Assembly: GCA_001949185.1 (NCBI GenBank)
Contig: BDGG01000002.1
Location: forward strand, 6,252,448-6,316,447
Origin: Ramazzottius varieornatus
Taxonomy: Eukaryota; Animalia; Tardigrada
Length of the DNA stretch: 64,000 bases
Direction of reading: 5' to 3'
Below, one piece after another: positions 29,601 through 40,618 of this stretch. Below the pieces are notes generated by a model. That model was not told the DNA's origin, searched no databases, and was given only the letters and a program-made list of their open reading frames with translations. Numbering within the stretch: the stretch's first letter is position 1; every line of letters starts with the position of its first letter. Made by a program: the position numbers and the translations under genes.

Positions 29601-29769
29601 ATTCAGCCAGCGAGACATCGCGATGCGAGGTGTATTCGGCTATCTTCCGCACAGCATTGACCTGCCGAACTTGATAGACCAGTCCGGCCTCTTTGAACAA
29701 TGAACCTGCTTGTGTCCAGGGGCTTGACCGTAGTAGCGTGATCAGCAGGAACAGCTTGATGGATCTCAT
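26658..29769 (-). CDS. TMEM8/PGAP6 (DUF3522, CREST superfamily) membrane protein with EGF-like domain
   Basis: Signal peptide MRSIKLFLLITLL, long ectodomain, EGF-like CGPYGSC...CNCAAGYKGWDC, then TM region with SNLLFIPA, spliced SSFYHACDQP, LQFCDFY and HSIWHI motifs; last exon ends EIVA* at 26658. Confidence 0.88.
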
Positions 29770-30877
29770 TCCTTACCATAGAAACACCGACAAACTTCCG
29801 TAACGAAATATCAACCTTGGAGACAAATATATCGTAATCAGAGTATCGCTCTGGCATAATTAAGAAACTCACCTGGTTAAGCAACAGCAGAGGCAAAATC
29901 TGCGGAGAGAAACAAAAACGTGTCATACTGTCAGAGCGATGTTCTGGGTAGGGCAGTCGTGAGTGTATGTCATTCGATCTATAAAACAGGTTTGACCTGC
30001 AAAATAACAAAAGTCGCAGAGCTGTAATAACAACCCACCAACCTTGAATCGTGCTACACTTCCTCCTTTCGCCAGGCAGTTTCCACACAAATGGATCTTC
30101 GGATTCGATGGACTTACAGCAGCAGAGCTGAAACAGTAAACACGGGACCTAATTACTTACGCAAAATAGCAGTGGTAAACAAACGAGCAAAAGAACTTAT
30201 CAAATACTTTCTCTACTGAATTGTCACTATGGTACAACACGGATTTCTCTCCACCAGAACTTTCGAATCTTCAAAGCTTTTGTCCGATATAGTCGCAATT
30301 AAAGCCAGCTGTGGTGGTCTGGATAACGTCGCATCTTATCAGAGCTTTTCCTGTTTATCACAGCAGCGCAAGCCCGAGCTGGCGATAAGATAACCATCTC
30401 GTGGGGCAGCCTAATTAACCTTTCCTATAAATCCTACGATAAGATCCGTCCCACAAGGCTCGTGAAACACGAGGATCCTGACCTCCGAAGATTCCGTCCA
30501 GATGGCAAATAATCAAAGGCTGTCGATCCCCATCACGATCGAGCGCGAACGCCGAAGAGTAAAGAAAACGAAAAGCGCTACAATTAAAATTTCAAGTAAC
30601 AAAGAAAAAATTATACCGACTTTGCGACTCTTGATCAGTAAGCCACGCCTAGCCACACGAAGTTATCGCAAAGCTGGAGAAGTTAACTGTTTTGGTTTTA
30701 GATCTTCAATGTTTGAGAACTGAGACTTGAGAGCTGAGATCGAATCCTTCTTCTCACACTCACATTTGACAGTTCCACCTTCAACTGGAGTTCGAATACG
30801 ATTAGCAACGATTAGTGTCGCGCGGGATCTTGGGTTGGGGTTACAGTTACAAGCTTCACACTTGGAGTTCCGGCCAG

Positions 30878-32612
30878 ATGGCCGACGCCAAGCTTTCGCA
30901 GCGGAAGAAGCAAACTCCGAGCAAAGTGGACCATCCAAAGAATTCCTCAGGTAAAAATACTGTCTCACCTGGCCGCGATACAGCCCGTAATGGATTTGCT
31001 TCTCGGGAAGAACTACGTGCAACGAAGGATGCTAGGCCAGTTGGAGATGCAGAATCCTGGCGAAAGCTTCTTCGGATATTCCACTGGGGTTCACTGTTGG
31101 CGCAGTTCATAATCACCACCATAAGTCTGACGTTCTTATACGTGGACACGTATTTCTGGCCGCTGGTTGACAGGAAAGGCTTTCTTGACACCTGGGCGTG
31201 CGTTCATCTGCTCGTATTCTGCGCATCATCTTTTCTAACCCAGTACAACTTCCTGATGGCCATATATGTTGGACCTGGATATGTTCCTTCGAAGTGGATT
31301 CCGGAAGACAAGTCGCATACGCAGAAGCTGCAGTGGTGCGCTGTGTGCGAAGGTGCTGTATTCTTTGACAGCCTGTGGTTCCAGGATGGTAAACTGCAGA
31401 TCGCAAACTGACATGCTGTCGTTTTATAGGTTATAAAGCTCCGCGGTCTCATCACTGTCGCAGCTGTGATCGGTGTGTTATGAAAATGGTAAGTTAGAAA
31501 AGGCAGACTACATTGAAATGAATACTCACTTGTTCCTCGTCGATGTCTCGGTTGGGTCGTTCGGAAGCCCAGTAAACTTACCATGACCTAGCCTTTTTGT
31601 ATTTACAGGAGCATCATTGTCCATGGATAAACAACTGCGTTGGCCACCGCAACCACGCTTATTTTCTTGGATTTTTGTTTTTTGCCGTTATGGGCTGTGG
31701 TCAGGCCTTCGTTGTTTTCCTGCTCATCGTTTTAAGAATTATGAACTTCGCCTTTACTTCGACCTACTACAACCACCGCGCTTTCCGGCAGCAGAAAACT
31801 TGGTATTCCATGTGGGCCAGGCTCTTCGCCTTCCATTTGAGCCCAAGCTTTTATACACTTCCGGCTCTCTTGTGGATCATTGTGATGACAGGGTTCGCTG
31901 TGGGTGTGGTCCTTGCCGTGGGTGCCCTTTTCGTCATCCAGCTTCGTATCATTCTGAAGAACGAAACATCGATAGAAAGCTGGATACTAGAGAAAGCAGC
32001 CCATTATTCTAGCGAGGAAGAGGATCAGAATGCAAAACCAGAAAGAAAACGAATGCCGAACCCCTATCATTTGGGCTGGAAGAGAAACGTGCAGCAGGTG
32101 AATCACCACCGACAACATGGTCATCTTCCAGGTAAAGTGTTACAGTTTTTTTCCGTTTGTAGGTTATGTGGAACATAACACATAATCCAGCCGGAAATGG
32201 AATTTGGTGGGAGGTTCGCGAGGACTGTGACCAGTTTACTCTAACGCAAGAACAGATCCGCCAGAAGTACTTCAAGAACTGTCTCAGCGTGGAGTACATC
32301 GCGATGAAAGACTATAACGGGAGAATCTTCCCGCTGGTCAGTCAAAACTTTATAACCTGCATCAACTTTCCTTGGGTTGTCGATGAGCCTCGCTTAGCAC
32401 TCCGACCAGGCGATGTGGTCAGAGTAACAAGAACGCAGAAGCACTGGCTGTATGGATCGAAAGTTCCTACGCCCGAGCTGAAAGCGAACGGTAACACCGG
32501 AAGTGGCGATGTTCCTCCATATAAAATGGAAGAGAAAGGATGGTTCCCACGGAGAGTCGTTGAGAAAGTCGAGAAACTCGAGAAACTCCGACAAGATTTA
32601 CACGAGCCCTAA
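30878..32612 (+). CDS. ZDHHC6: ZDHHC6-like palmitoyltransferase with C-terminal SH3-like domain; catalytic motif reads EHHC
   Basis: FHWG, GPGYVP..W.P, C..C..YKAPRSHHCRSCDRCVMKM|EHHCPWINNCVGHRNH, NETSIE, NPYHLGW, and SH3-like DEPRLALRPGDVVRVTRTQKHWLYG...GWFPR. Start ATG 30878 is the first in-frame ATG. Confidence 0.9.
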
Positions 32613-32764
32613 TTTCCTCATTAGAAGAGACGATTATCGTTGGGAGTTTTGTGAGTCCTGCGGACTCCTCCCTCTTTACTTGTTTGACTGGTCTGTTAGT
32701 TGATTGTAATTCCAGTGTAACTTGTTGATTGATGCGTTCGACTTACGACGGTCGATGGTTGTTA

Positions 32765-32921
32765 CTGTATTCCCCCGATATCTTCGCGAATCCCGTTACT
32801 CGTGGCGCCACCTATAGGATGTACGTCATCCATACATGCGCGCCTATCTGCCTTACGTCATGTGCGTTTCATAGGTGGCGCCATGGGTATCAGGCTTCGC
32901 GGAGATATCGGGGGAATACAG
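32765..32921. mobile_element. 157-bp MITE, Tc1/mariner(pogo)-type, TA target-site duplication
   Basis: 51-bp terminal inverted repeats starting CTGTATTCCCCCGATATC (6 mismatches), flanked by TA at 32763-64 and 32922-23; no coding capacity. Confidence 0.85.
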
Positions 32922-33081
32922 TACTTGTTAGTACTTGTTAATCACAACAGTTTTCATTTCGCTGGTTCCGTCGACACCGCACTGGGTGTAAACATTTCAA
33001 GATCTGTTCTCCTCGTTTGATGCGTTTACTCTCGTTTGATGCGTTGAGGACGCTGGAGAATCTCGCACAAAAGTAGGGAGG

Positions 33082-36000
33082 ATGGACAGCGACTGGGTAT
33101 ACCGAGCTGAATACTCTTTGAGTGACCGAAGCTTCTGCAAGAAATGCGGCAACGGAATTGGCAAAGACGTCGTTCGACTGGCCATTATGCAACAGGTAAG
33201 GTGCCGCCATAAGTCTGGTGCCGTATACGGTGCCTGGTTTGAATCTGTAGAAAAGATGACCTGAATATGATTCGATTTCTTGTGCAGTCTCGGTTCCACG
33301 ATGGTAAAGATTGCTTGTGGCACCACGTTCATTGTTTCTTCCAAAAGAAGCACAATGTCAATGTCAACGAAATCTGGCATTTCCACAACCTCCGCTGGAA
33401 AGATCAAGAACGCATCCGCCAGAAGGCTGAAGGCAAGATCAAGGGAAAGAAGGCAGCTGACTCCTCAGAAGAATCCGGAGAAACCGAGGAGGACGATGAG
33501 GAGGAGCAAGCCAAAACGTGAGTTAATTAAAGAACGTGAATGTCTTGTGGTGGTAATTAAGCTTAATCAGGCCATTCATCAGAATTTTTTATCGATTGTC
33601 ACAGGAAGTCAAAACGTGGAAAGAGGCAAGGTGGAAGTAGGAAGAAGAAAGCGACGAAACAGACAAAGACCGAGGCAGGTATGAACGAAGAGATGGTTGC
33701 TTTGAAGGAGCAGAATGAAAGGATTTGGGCAGCTCGAGATGAACTGGCGCAACTTCCGGCAAAAGCCCAGAAAGAATTGCTAGAAGCTAACGAACAGCAC
33801 GTTCCTGTTGCTAACAAGGTATGTGAACCACACCGCTCTACATGTATATCTCTAAAAGAGCTTAGTGTAGCATCATCAGTGATCCCTTGGCCGTAGATCA
33901 TGGACCGGTGTGTCGACATGCTGCTCTTTGGTCCGACCGAAAAGTGCGATCAGTGTACCCGCAATGGACATCTAGTTATCAGGTACGATGAAATGAAGCT
34001 TAATCACGGGAAATGGGCTTAGAATAGCACTAATGTATGTGGTCTTAGTGCCGACGGATATCATTGCATCGGAAGTGTCAACGAATGGGCCAAGTGTGAC
34101 GTCAAGACGCAGCATCCTCGACGAAGAGTGCTGCTCATCCCCGAAAAGCTACTTGACAAATATTCCTTCTTGTAGATATACTTCTTTTTGTTTAGTAATC
34201 TTGCAGCGTCCGCTTACTTCATTTGCTGCGTTTGGTCTTTCGCCAGGTCCCAGTACACATCTTTCAAGGCGACAGGCCGCATCTTTCCTTCCTGCTTCAA
34301 GCTGTCACAGTCTAATGGCACAAATGGTCATGCACTCACCAAGAAGGAACCTGTAACAAATGGAACATCAGATGAAACTGATGGTCCATCCACCTCAGAA
34401 GGAATAACCAACGCGCATGCCAAAGCTGAACCGAAGACTAGAACCCCTCCCCAGTAAGAACCTTTCTTCTTTGAATCAGTAGCTTGGTATTTTGTCTTAT
34501 CGATTGAGCTCACTTTCCAGGATAAAGTTGAAAGCCAATAAGCCGTTAGCCAACCTCCGCATCAGCGCGATGGGAACATTGGCCATAAAGCGCGCTGACT
34601 TGACCAAGAAGATCAGCAATCTTGGTGGACTGTACGTCCCCAAGGTCTCCGCGGACACCTTTGTTGTCATCTCCGATGAAAGTAAGAATTTGGGTGTTTC
34701 TCCTTGTGATAAAAGATCGGAAATACAGACGCTAATGTTCGTGCTCCATGGCATAGAGCGCATCGCTCAGCGTCCAGTGACGCTTGAGATGGCCGAAGCC
34801 TGTAAGGTCCACGTTGTGTCTGTCAGCTTTATTAACGATCTGGAAGAAAAGAAGGCTGAAATCAAGAGCCAGCAAGATTTGATCGACTTGGTCGAACGCT
34901 GCAAGATCAACCCTTGGACGGCGTCGAACGTACGTGTGACAACTTTAATTCTTAACACTGAAGTTCTTGCTGAACTACTGCCTATATCGAGTTTGATTAT
35001 GTGTGGCCAATGTCTTTGCAGGTGTTGGAGCGCATCTTGCTGAACAAGGCCGAAAACGAAGCTCTAGCTGACACTGCCGGATTGAGCTCTACCGAGCAAC
35101 ACAAAGCCGAAGAGCGGATGCGTAACCAAAAATGGAACTCTGCAACGGAGGCCAAAATGAAGGTGCTGGTCAAGAACGGCGGAGTGGTAGACCCTGATGC
35201 CGACTTGGACGAAGAAACCCACTCGGTCCTCCGGGAAAACGGTATCCTTTATAGCTTTGTCCTAGCCAAGAGCAACGTCGCCGATGGCACCAACTCCTAC
35301 TACAAAATGCAGATCATCAAACGCGACAGTCGAGAGGTACATTACACTTCAGAAATATTAGCCAATAAAACTTTAGATTGTAAATAGATGACTAAGAATG
35401 AATACTTTACCAATTAGTTGTGTGCTGATAGGTCTACTACCTGTTTCGAGCTTGGGGTCGGATTGGCACGGTGATTGGGGGCAACAAGTGCGACGAGATG
35501 GATAAAGACGAAGCCGTCGAGAGCTTTGAGTTTCACTTCCTGGACAAAACGGGCAACCACTGGAAGGACAAGGATCACTTTGTCAAGCAGCACGACAAGT
35601 ATTTCCAGCTGCAGCTCGATTATGGACCGGAAGAAGCTGAAGAGGAGTATGCTGTCCAACCCGGCAGTAAGACCTTACTGGCCAAACCAATCCAAGATCT
35701 GATCAAGATGATCTTTGATGTCGAGGCGATGCGAAAAACCATGAAGGAATTTGAGGTACGTCGAACAAACACGTTGATCTACGGCGATCCACTTTGGATG
35801 GGTCTGTCTGGCTTTCTCAAGTGGCTTTTTCATTGAGGTGCGCCATTTGGAAGAGGGGTACTGACACACGGCTCAAGCGGCGCACCTTGGTGCGGTGGAA
35901 GTTTCGTGTATGCCGAACTTTACTGCACAAATGTTGAAATGTTGGATGTTTATATTTTAGATTGATAGCCGGAAGATGCCGTTAGGTAAGTTGTCAAAGA

Positions 36001-37403
36001 AGCAGATTGTGGAAGCGATGGCGGTGTTGGCTGAACTACAGACGCTCGTTGACGGCGGCGAACGACCAAACGCTCCAAAAATCATTGGCGCTACCAACCG
36101 ATTTTTTACTCTCATCCCCCACGACTTTGGTGTCCATACTCCGCCCATCCTCAATCAAAGCGCTCTCCTCAAGGCAAGGCTTAGTTAAGGTACGCTGTCA
36201 CAATCGACGCAGACGTAACAATGGTGTTTGTTGACAGGACAAGCTGGACATGCTGGAGAACTTACTGGAGATTGAAGTGGCCTTCAACATTCTGCGAGGG
36301 GAGAACCGTTCGTCCGATAAAGATCCCATCGACCAGGTATGAATTGTTGTCTACGTACGGCAGGAACATTCACAACGTGGCTGTTCCTTTGTAGAAATAC
36401 GAGAAGCTCAAGTGTGATCTGGAAGTGCTGGACAAGGGTACGGAGGAGTACCAGCAGATTGCCGCCTACATTGCTAACACCCATGCTGCCACTCATTCCG
36501 ACTACCAACTACAGCTGGTTGACGTAAGCAAGAAACTTTCCATTTTCTTCATCATGACGCGTTGACAAAATTCATCGTTCTGGTTTTCACTGCAGGTCTT
36601 CAAAGTGGCGCGCCAAGGAGAAGCTGAACGCTTCCAAGAGTTCAGGTCGCTGCATAACCACAAGCTGCTGTGGCACGGCAGCCGTGTCACCAACTACGGT
36701 ACTGCTGTCTTTACTAATGACTGCGTACTTCCTCCTCCTCTTTATGTACTTTTTGTGAACTGTTTTCGATAGCCGGCATATTGTCGCAAGGTTTGCGCAT
36801 AGCTCCGCCTGAAGCGCCCGTTACTGGTTACATGTACGTATGATATACCGGACACTCTTGTTGGTAGTATGGTTGCAACCTTTCTTTGCCTATAGGTTCG
36901 GCAAAGGTGTCTACTTCGCCGGTACGTGCTAACTCTCCTAAAACCTAATGCTAAATTTCCAGCCACCTTTTCACTCTTTTTGCTGTTGTCCAGACATGGT
37001 CTCGAAGAGTGCCAACTATTGCGCCACCTCACCCACCAGCCCCACTGGTCTGATGCTCCTTTCCGACGTGGCGCTGGGGAACATGTACGTATAATACGCC
37101 GGACACTCTTGTTGGTAATATGGTAGCAATCCGTCTTTGCCTAGGTACGAGCGGACCGCAGCCAAGTCCATCACTCGACTGCCCAAAGACTTTCACAGTG
37201 TCAAGGGTTGTGGTCGCACTGAGCCAGACCCCAAACAGACCATCACCACAGAAGATGGCGTGGAGATTCCAATGGGTCATCCCAAAGACGCCGGCCTCGC
37301 CAACAGCGCTCACTCTTCCTTACTCTACAACGAGTACATCGTCTACAACGAAGCGCAAGTCAATATCAGATACCTACTCAAAGTTAAGTTCCAGTATAAA
37401 TGA
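33082..37403 (+). CDS. PARP1: Poly(ADP-ribose) polymerase 1-like (Zn1-PADR1/Zn3-BRCT-WGR-HD-catalytic)
   Basis: YRAEY..S.R..CKKC...HHVHCF finger; PADR1 ([14 protein letters not shown]...C.G...EW.KC); BRCT; [16 protein letters not shown]; MPLGKLSK; [11 protein letters not shown]; [37 protein letters not shown] (H-Y-E triad intact). Confidence 0.95.
35813..35900. repeat. Degenerate tandem copies of intronic hairpin repeat family in a PARP1 intron
   Basis: tttctcaagtggc...gtgcgccatttggaag followed by ctcaagcggcgcac. Confidence 0.55.
36834..37144 (+). repeat. Two near-identical introns in PARP1 (36834-36895, 62 nt; 37085-37144, 60 nt)
   Basis: Hand alignment: 52/60 identical plus a 2-nt indel, shared core ccggacactcttgttggta; both phase 2 inside an ATG codon. 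Confidence 0.92.
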
Positions 37404-37639
37404 ATCTTCGATTTCTGCCGTCCCGAAGTTTTCTTCTTTCTCAAATGGGTGTGATGGTCGATAAATCTCGTTGTGTCAGCTTTCTTTGCAGTTGTGTTAG
37501 CCGTTCGCGGTAGGATTTACAATGAGGTTTCCATGGTTTATCGCTTATTTCACTGTTGCTCCCAACTACCAGACGTATTGCTTTTGCTTCCTCGTCAATT
37601 CTGTCAACGGGCTTACCAAATTGATTACAACTCGGTTTG

Positions 37640-37645
37640 AATAAA
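37640..37645 (+). promoter_or_regulatory. Probable PARP1 polyadenylation signal AATAAA
   Basis: First AATAAA ~240 nt after the PARP1 stop, following a U-rich 3' UTR. Confidence 0.55.
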
Positions 37646-37673
37646 GTGTACTCGTACGGAACTGTGCTGAAAG

Positions 37674-38027
37674 ATGGCTGAATTGATCAGAAGAGTGGTT
37701 AGAGACAGTTTGAATGCAGGAGGCCTTGTGCAGCCGGTGTTACGACATGGTACTTCCTTGTCTCCACTGTTCTTGTCCTCTGAGGTAGAGAACTGATGTG
37801 ATCGGCGTTATGTCTTTTTTGTTGCAGGAACTGCGGCAGTGGAGTTTGTGTTATGGTTTCTGATCGCAGCCGGTCTGTTTATGGCCTATGAAATAATGGC
37901 TAAGCGTAATCTGACCTTGACCAAGATTGACGTGGGAATGATCAAGACATTAGTCAGCTTCGTCTATTGTCTAATAATCGTCATTGTCTTCCTTCATTCT
38001 TTTCGTAAAAGACCCAGTAAAGCTTGA
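37674..38027 (+). CDS. Putative 91-aa two-transmembrane orphan protein (2 exons)
   Basis: Exon 37674-37749, GT-AG intron 37750-37827 with strong polypyrimidine tract, exon 37828-38027; in frame MAELIRRVVRDS...FVLWFLIAAGLFMAY...LVSFVYCLIIVIVFLHSFRKRPSKA*. Confidence 0.55.
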
Positions 38028-38486
38028 TTCTCCTGGGATAGCATGTTGCCCCTTTGTTCATCGAATATGTTCGACCTGGTCTGGAGATCTGCTGGGACAA
38101 GTTCTCCTCTGTAGTCACTGTACAGTGTACGTCATACACTACCGTCTGTGCGAGTGGGTCTCCTTGTTTCGTTGTTTTGCGAAATTGAGTTACGCCGTTG
38201 ACCGCCGAAGTTGTGTGTCAGTCTTCAAAGTCAGTTTGGGCACAAGTGATACCGGTTAGCCTTTTTAGATGTCGATGTGCACATAAACAAATTCGGAACT
38301 TACGGAGAGTACTTCAGCGTCAAACAAATCAAAACCGTCTTCATGTGTCTATCGTCCGAGTAGGGAGATTTCTAACGGGATAAAAGGATAAGTATACCTC
38401 AACTTGTGCAAGAGATTTAGTCTTAGACTACAGAGGCAGCTCGCTGAAAATGATTGAAAAAAGAAGAGTAGAAACTTCCGTGAAGA

Positions 38487-40334
38487 TCATCGAGTGGCGT
38501 TGGCAGTCCGAGCAGCGGACCTTCGCCGAAGGATCACTCTGCGGTCCGCCAGTAAACCCAAGGCATAACGACGCCGTTCTGTCTTGCCATCCGTCGTTCG
38601 CTTCACCAGGAAGTCATTCTGGCTAAACTGCACAAGTACACCGGAAGACCTTCCGTGTTCGTGGTGCTCCACAGTGACCTGCTGGTTACGATAAAAGGAC
38701 TTACCATCCACCGTCAGACGATTTTCGTCGGTATAGACTTCGACGGGCTTCATGATCTTGGCCGCCTTTTCACGTTCCGGCATCTCCTTCAGTATTCGGT
38801 TGATGTTCGCTAGGTCTTCGTACACATCGCGGTCGTCCAAAGGTTCCTTCAAGGCAACCGCGAACTGGTTTCGACGACGTCGCTGGACACTACGATGAAA
38901 ACTTTTGAATTTTCAATGATGTTCCGTTATTTTATGCCATAACTGAGGGGTCATATAGTCACTAACAAGGAGCACCGCAAGATCGCTTTCCCAATTGGCG
39001 CACGTTCTGAGTATTACCGGCTCAGGTCGTGCACCACTTGGAAGAAACATCTTGTCAGCTTGATTGTTTTCCAAAGCGGCGCAAGCACTCATTATCACGG
39101 CTGAATGTGTGTGCCACTTAAGAAAACGAGAAGAACGTTATGCTGATATTCCAGAACCGGAATTATAAAACATTCAGCTTAGGGAAGAATAATTTTACCT
39201 TGGGAAGCCGCTCTGGGGACCATTCAGCATCACTTGGGCTGTTTGCGGTGGGGAAGCACTCGGATTCTGGTTTCTGCTGCTACTTTCCACAATGCAGGTC
39301 ATCTCTTCCAGAAGTCTAACATGCGGAGCATCTGTCCGTTTTCGCATGTTTCTCGTGTTGATAGCCAGCATATCGCACTTACACGTGGCGAAGTCCAGCG
39401 TTCGCTGCAACTCGTACTGCCTTCGGTTCTCTTCGAACATGCTGCTGACATGACTCTTGGCTTTCTCCGTGTTGGTTGCCAGCCGCTTCTCTGTTTCGTC
39501 TTGGTCCAGCAGACACTTCTCATCCGTAACCAGCAATGACCGTTCTCGCGCACTGCCCAGTCTTTGTAGTTCATCACGAGCTTCTTGGAGGACGAGATGG
39601 AGTTCTTTTTGAAGGCTTTCGTCTGTCACCAGAAGTATCTGGTTCATGGCTTTCTTGAAAGAATGATACTGTCGCATTGCCTTCCTCAACTGTTTCTCTT
39701 CGATAAACTGAAAATTATTCTCTAGGAACTCTTTGGAAAACGGATCGAGTTCTAACTTGTCAACCATGCCCGACAAACGAACAAACTTCTCATCTTTGTT
39801 GTGTGGTGGGTTTTCGACGTCAACGGCGTTCGCTTCCGATATCTTCCTCTTTTGTTCTTTGTGAGGCTTCTTTAAGCTGTCTGCTGGATGTAAAATAGTA
39901 AAGTTTGGACGATCAAGAGAGACTATTTGGTTGCTTTTGAACTCGATAGCCGCGAACAGCTGCTGAGTAATTTCTCTTCGTTTATTCGCTGCGTCGTTGG
40001 TAGAGGTGAATGCTTCCCGGTTGACCGTTGGTTTCTGCGATAGCTTGGTTCGGTTCTTCCTCCGTTCAAGGTTCTTTTTCATCAGGAACTGTAATGCTTT
40101 CGCTTCGGTCTGCCAGTCGTTGGCGTCGTTTACTCGAAGAATGGACGTGGGGATGGTTATCACAGCAGGAACAGGCGGGTCGAAGACAATCTTGTAGGCT
40201 TCCAACATGGAGACATTGACGGGAGGATTCGTGGCTGCTGAACTCTGGCTGGCACTGGCATCTTCGTCGCTGACGATGCTAAGAGTTGCGTCCGAATCAT
40301 GCTCCTTTTCGTCCTCACCTACAATCGGATTCAT
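38487..40334 (-). CDS. SUDS3: Divergent Sds3/SUDS3 (Sin3-HDAC complex subunit, BRMS1 family)
   Basis: Coiled coil, NTRNMRKR, L.D.DVYEDL, and C-terminal beta domain RLTVDGKSFYRNQQV...FLVKRTTDGK...VILRRRSAA resembling the SUDS3 C-terminus (recalled); one intron ~38893-39197. Confidence 0.7.
38987..39127. repeat. Two tandem copies of intronic hairpin repeat family in the SUDS3-like intron
   Basis: tttcccaattggcgcac...gtgcaccacttggaagaaa and ttttccaaagcggcgca...gctgaatgtgtgtgccacttaagaaaa. Confidence 0.75.
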
Positions 40335-40618
40335 CGGTCAGCTCAAGTACTGTATCTCAGGTAGACATCCGATTAAAAATCTGAGGCTTTCATCGTACAT
40401 CTGAGGCTTATCGTAGTACGATAAGTCTGTACGCAGGTTCATGCTGCATACTATATACAGTTTATCAACCTGTCACAACGCTCAAGTCGTTCATAAACAT
40501 GCATACACTATTCCTTTTACAAATCAGGGTGCGCGTGTATGCAAGTACGTTAAAGATTTGTTCTGAAGCTTTTCAGTCGGTTTAACGTATCCAAATACAT
40601 TTTCTGATTGTCTATAAT

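Noticed and set aside
30320-30445. Cluster of GATAA motifs between the divergent TMEM8-like and ZDHHC6 genes
   Set aside because: Short motifs; enrichment cannot be established by eye.
33012-33045. 15-bp direct repeat CTCGTTTGATGCGTT x2 upstream of PARP1
   Set aside because: Simple local slippage duplication; no array structure.
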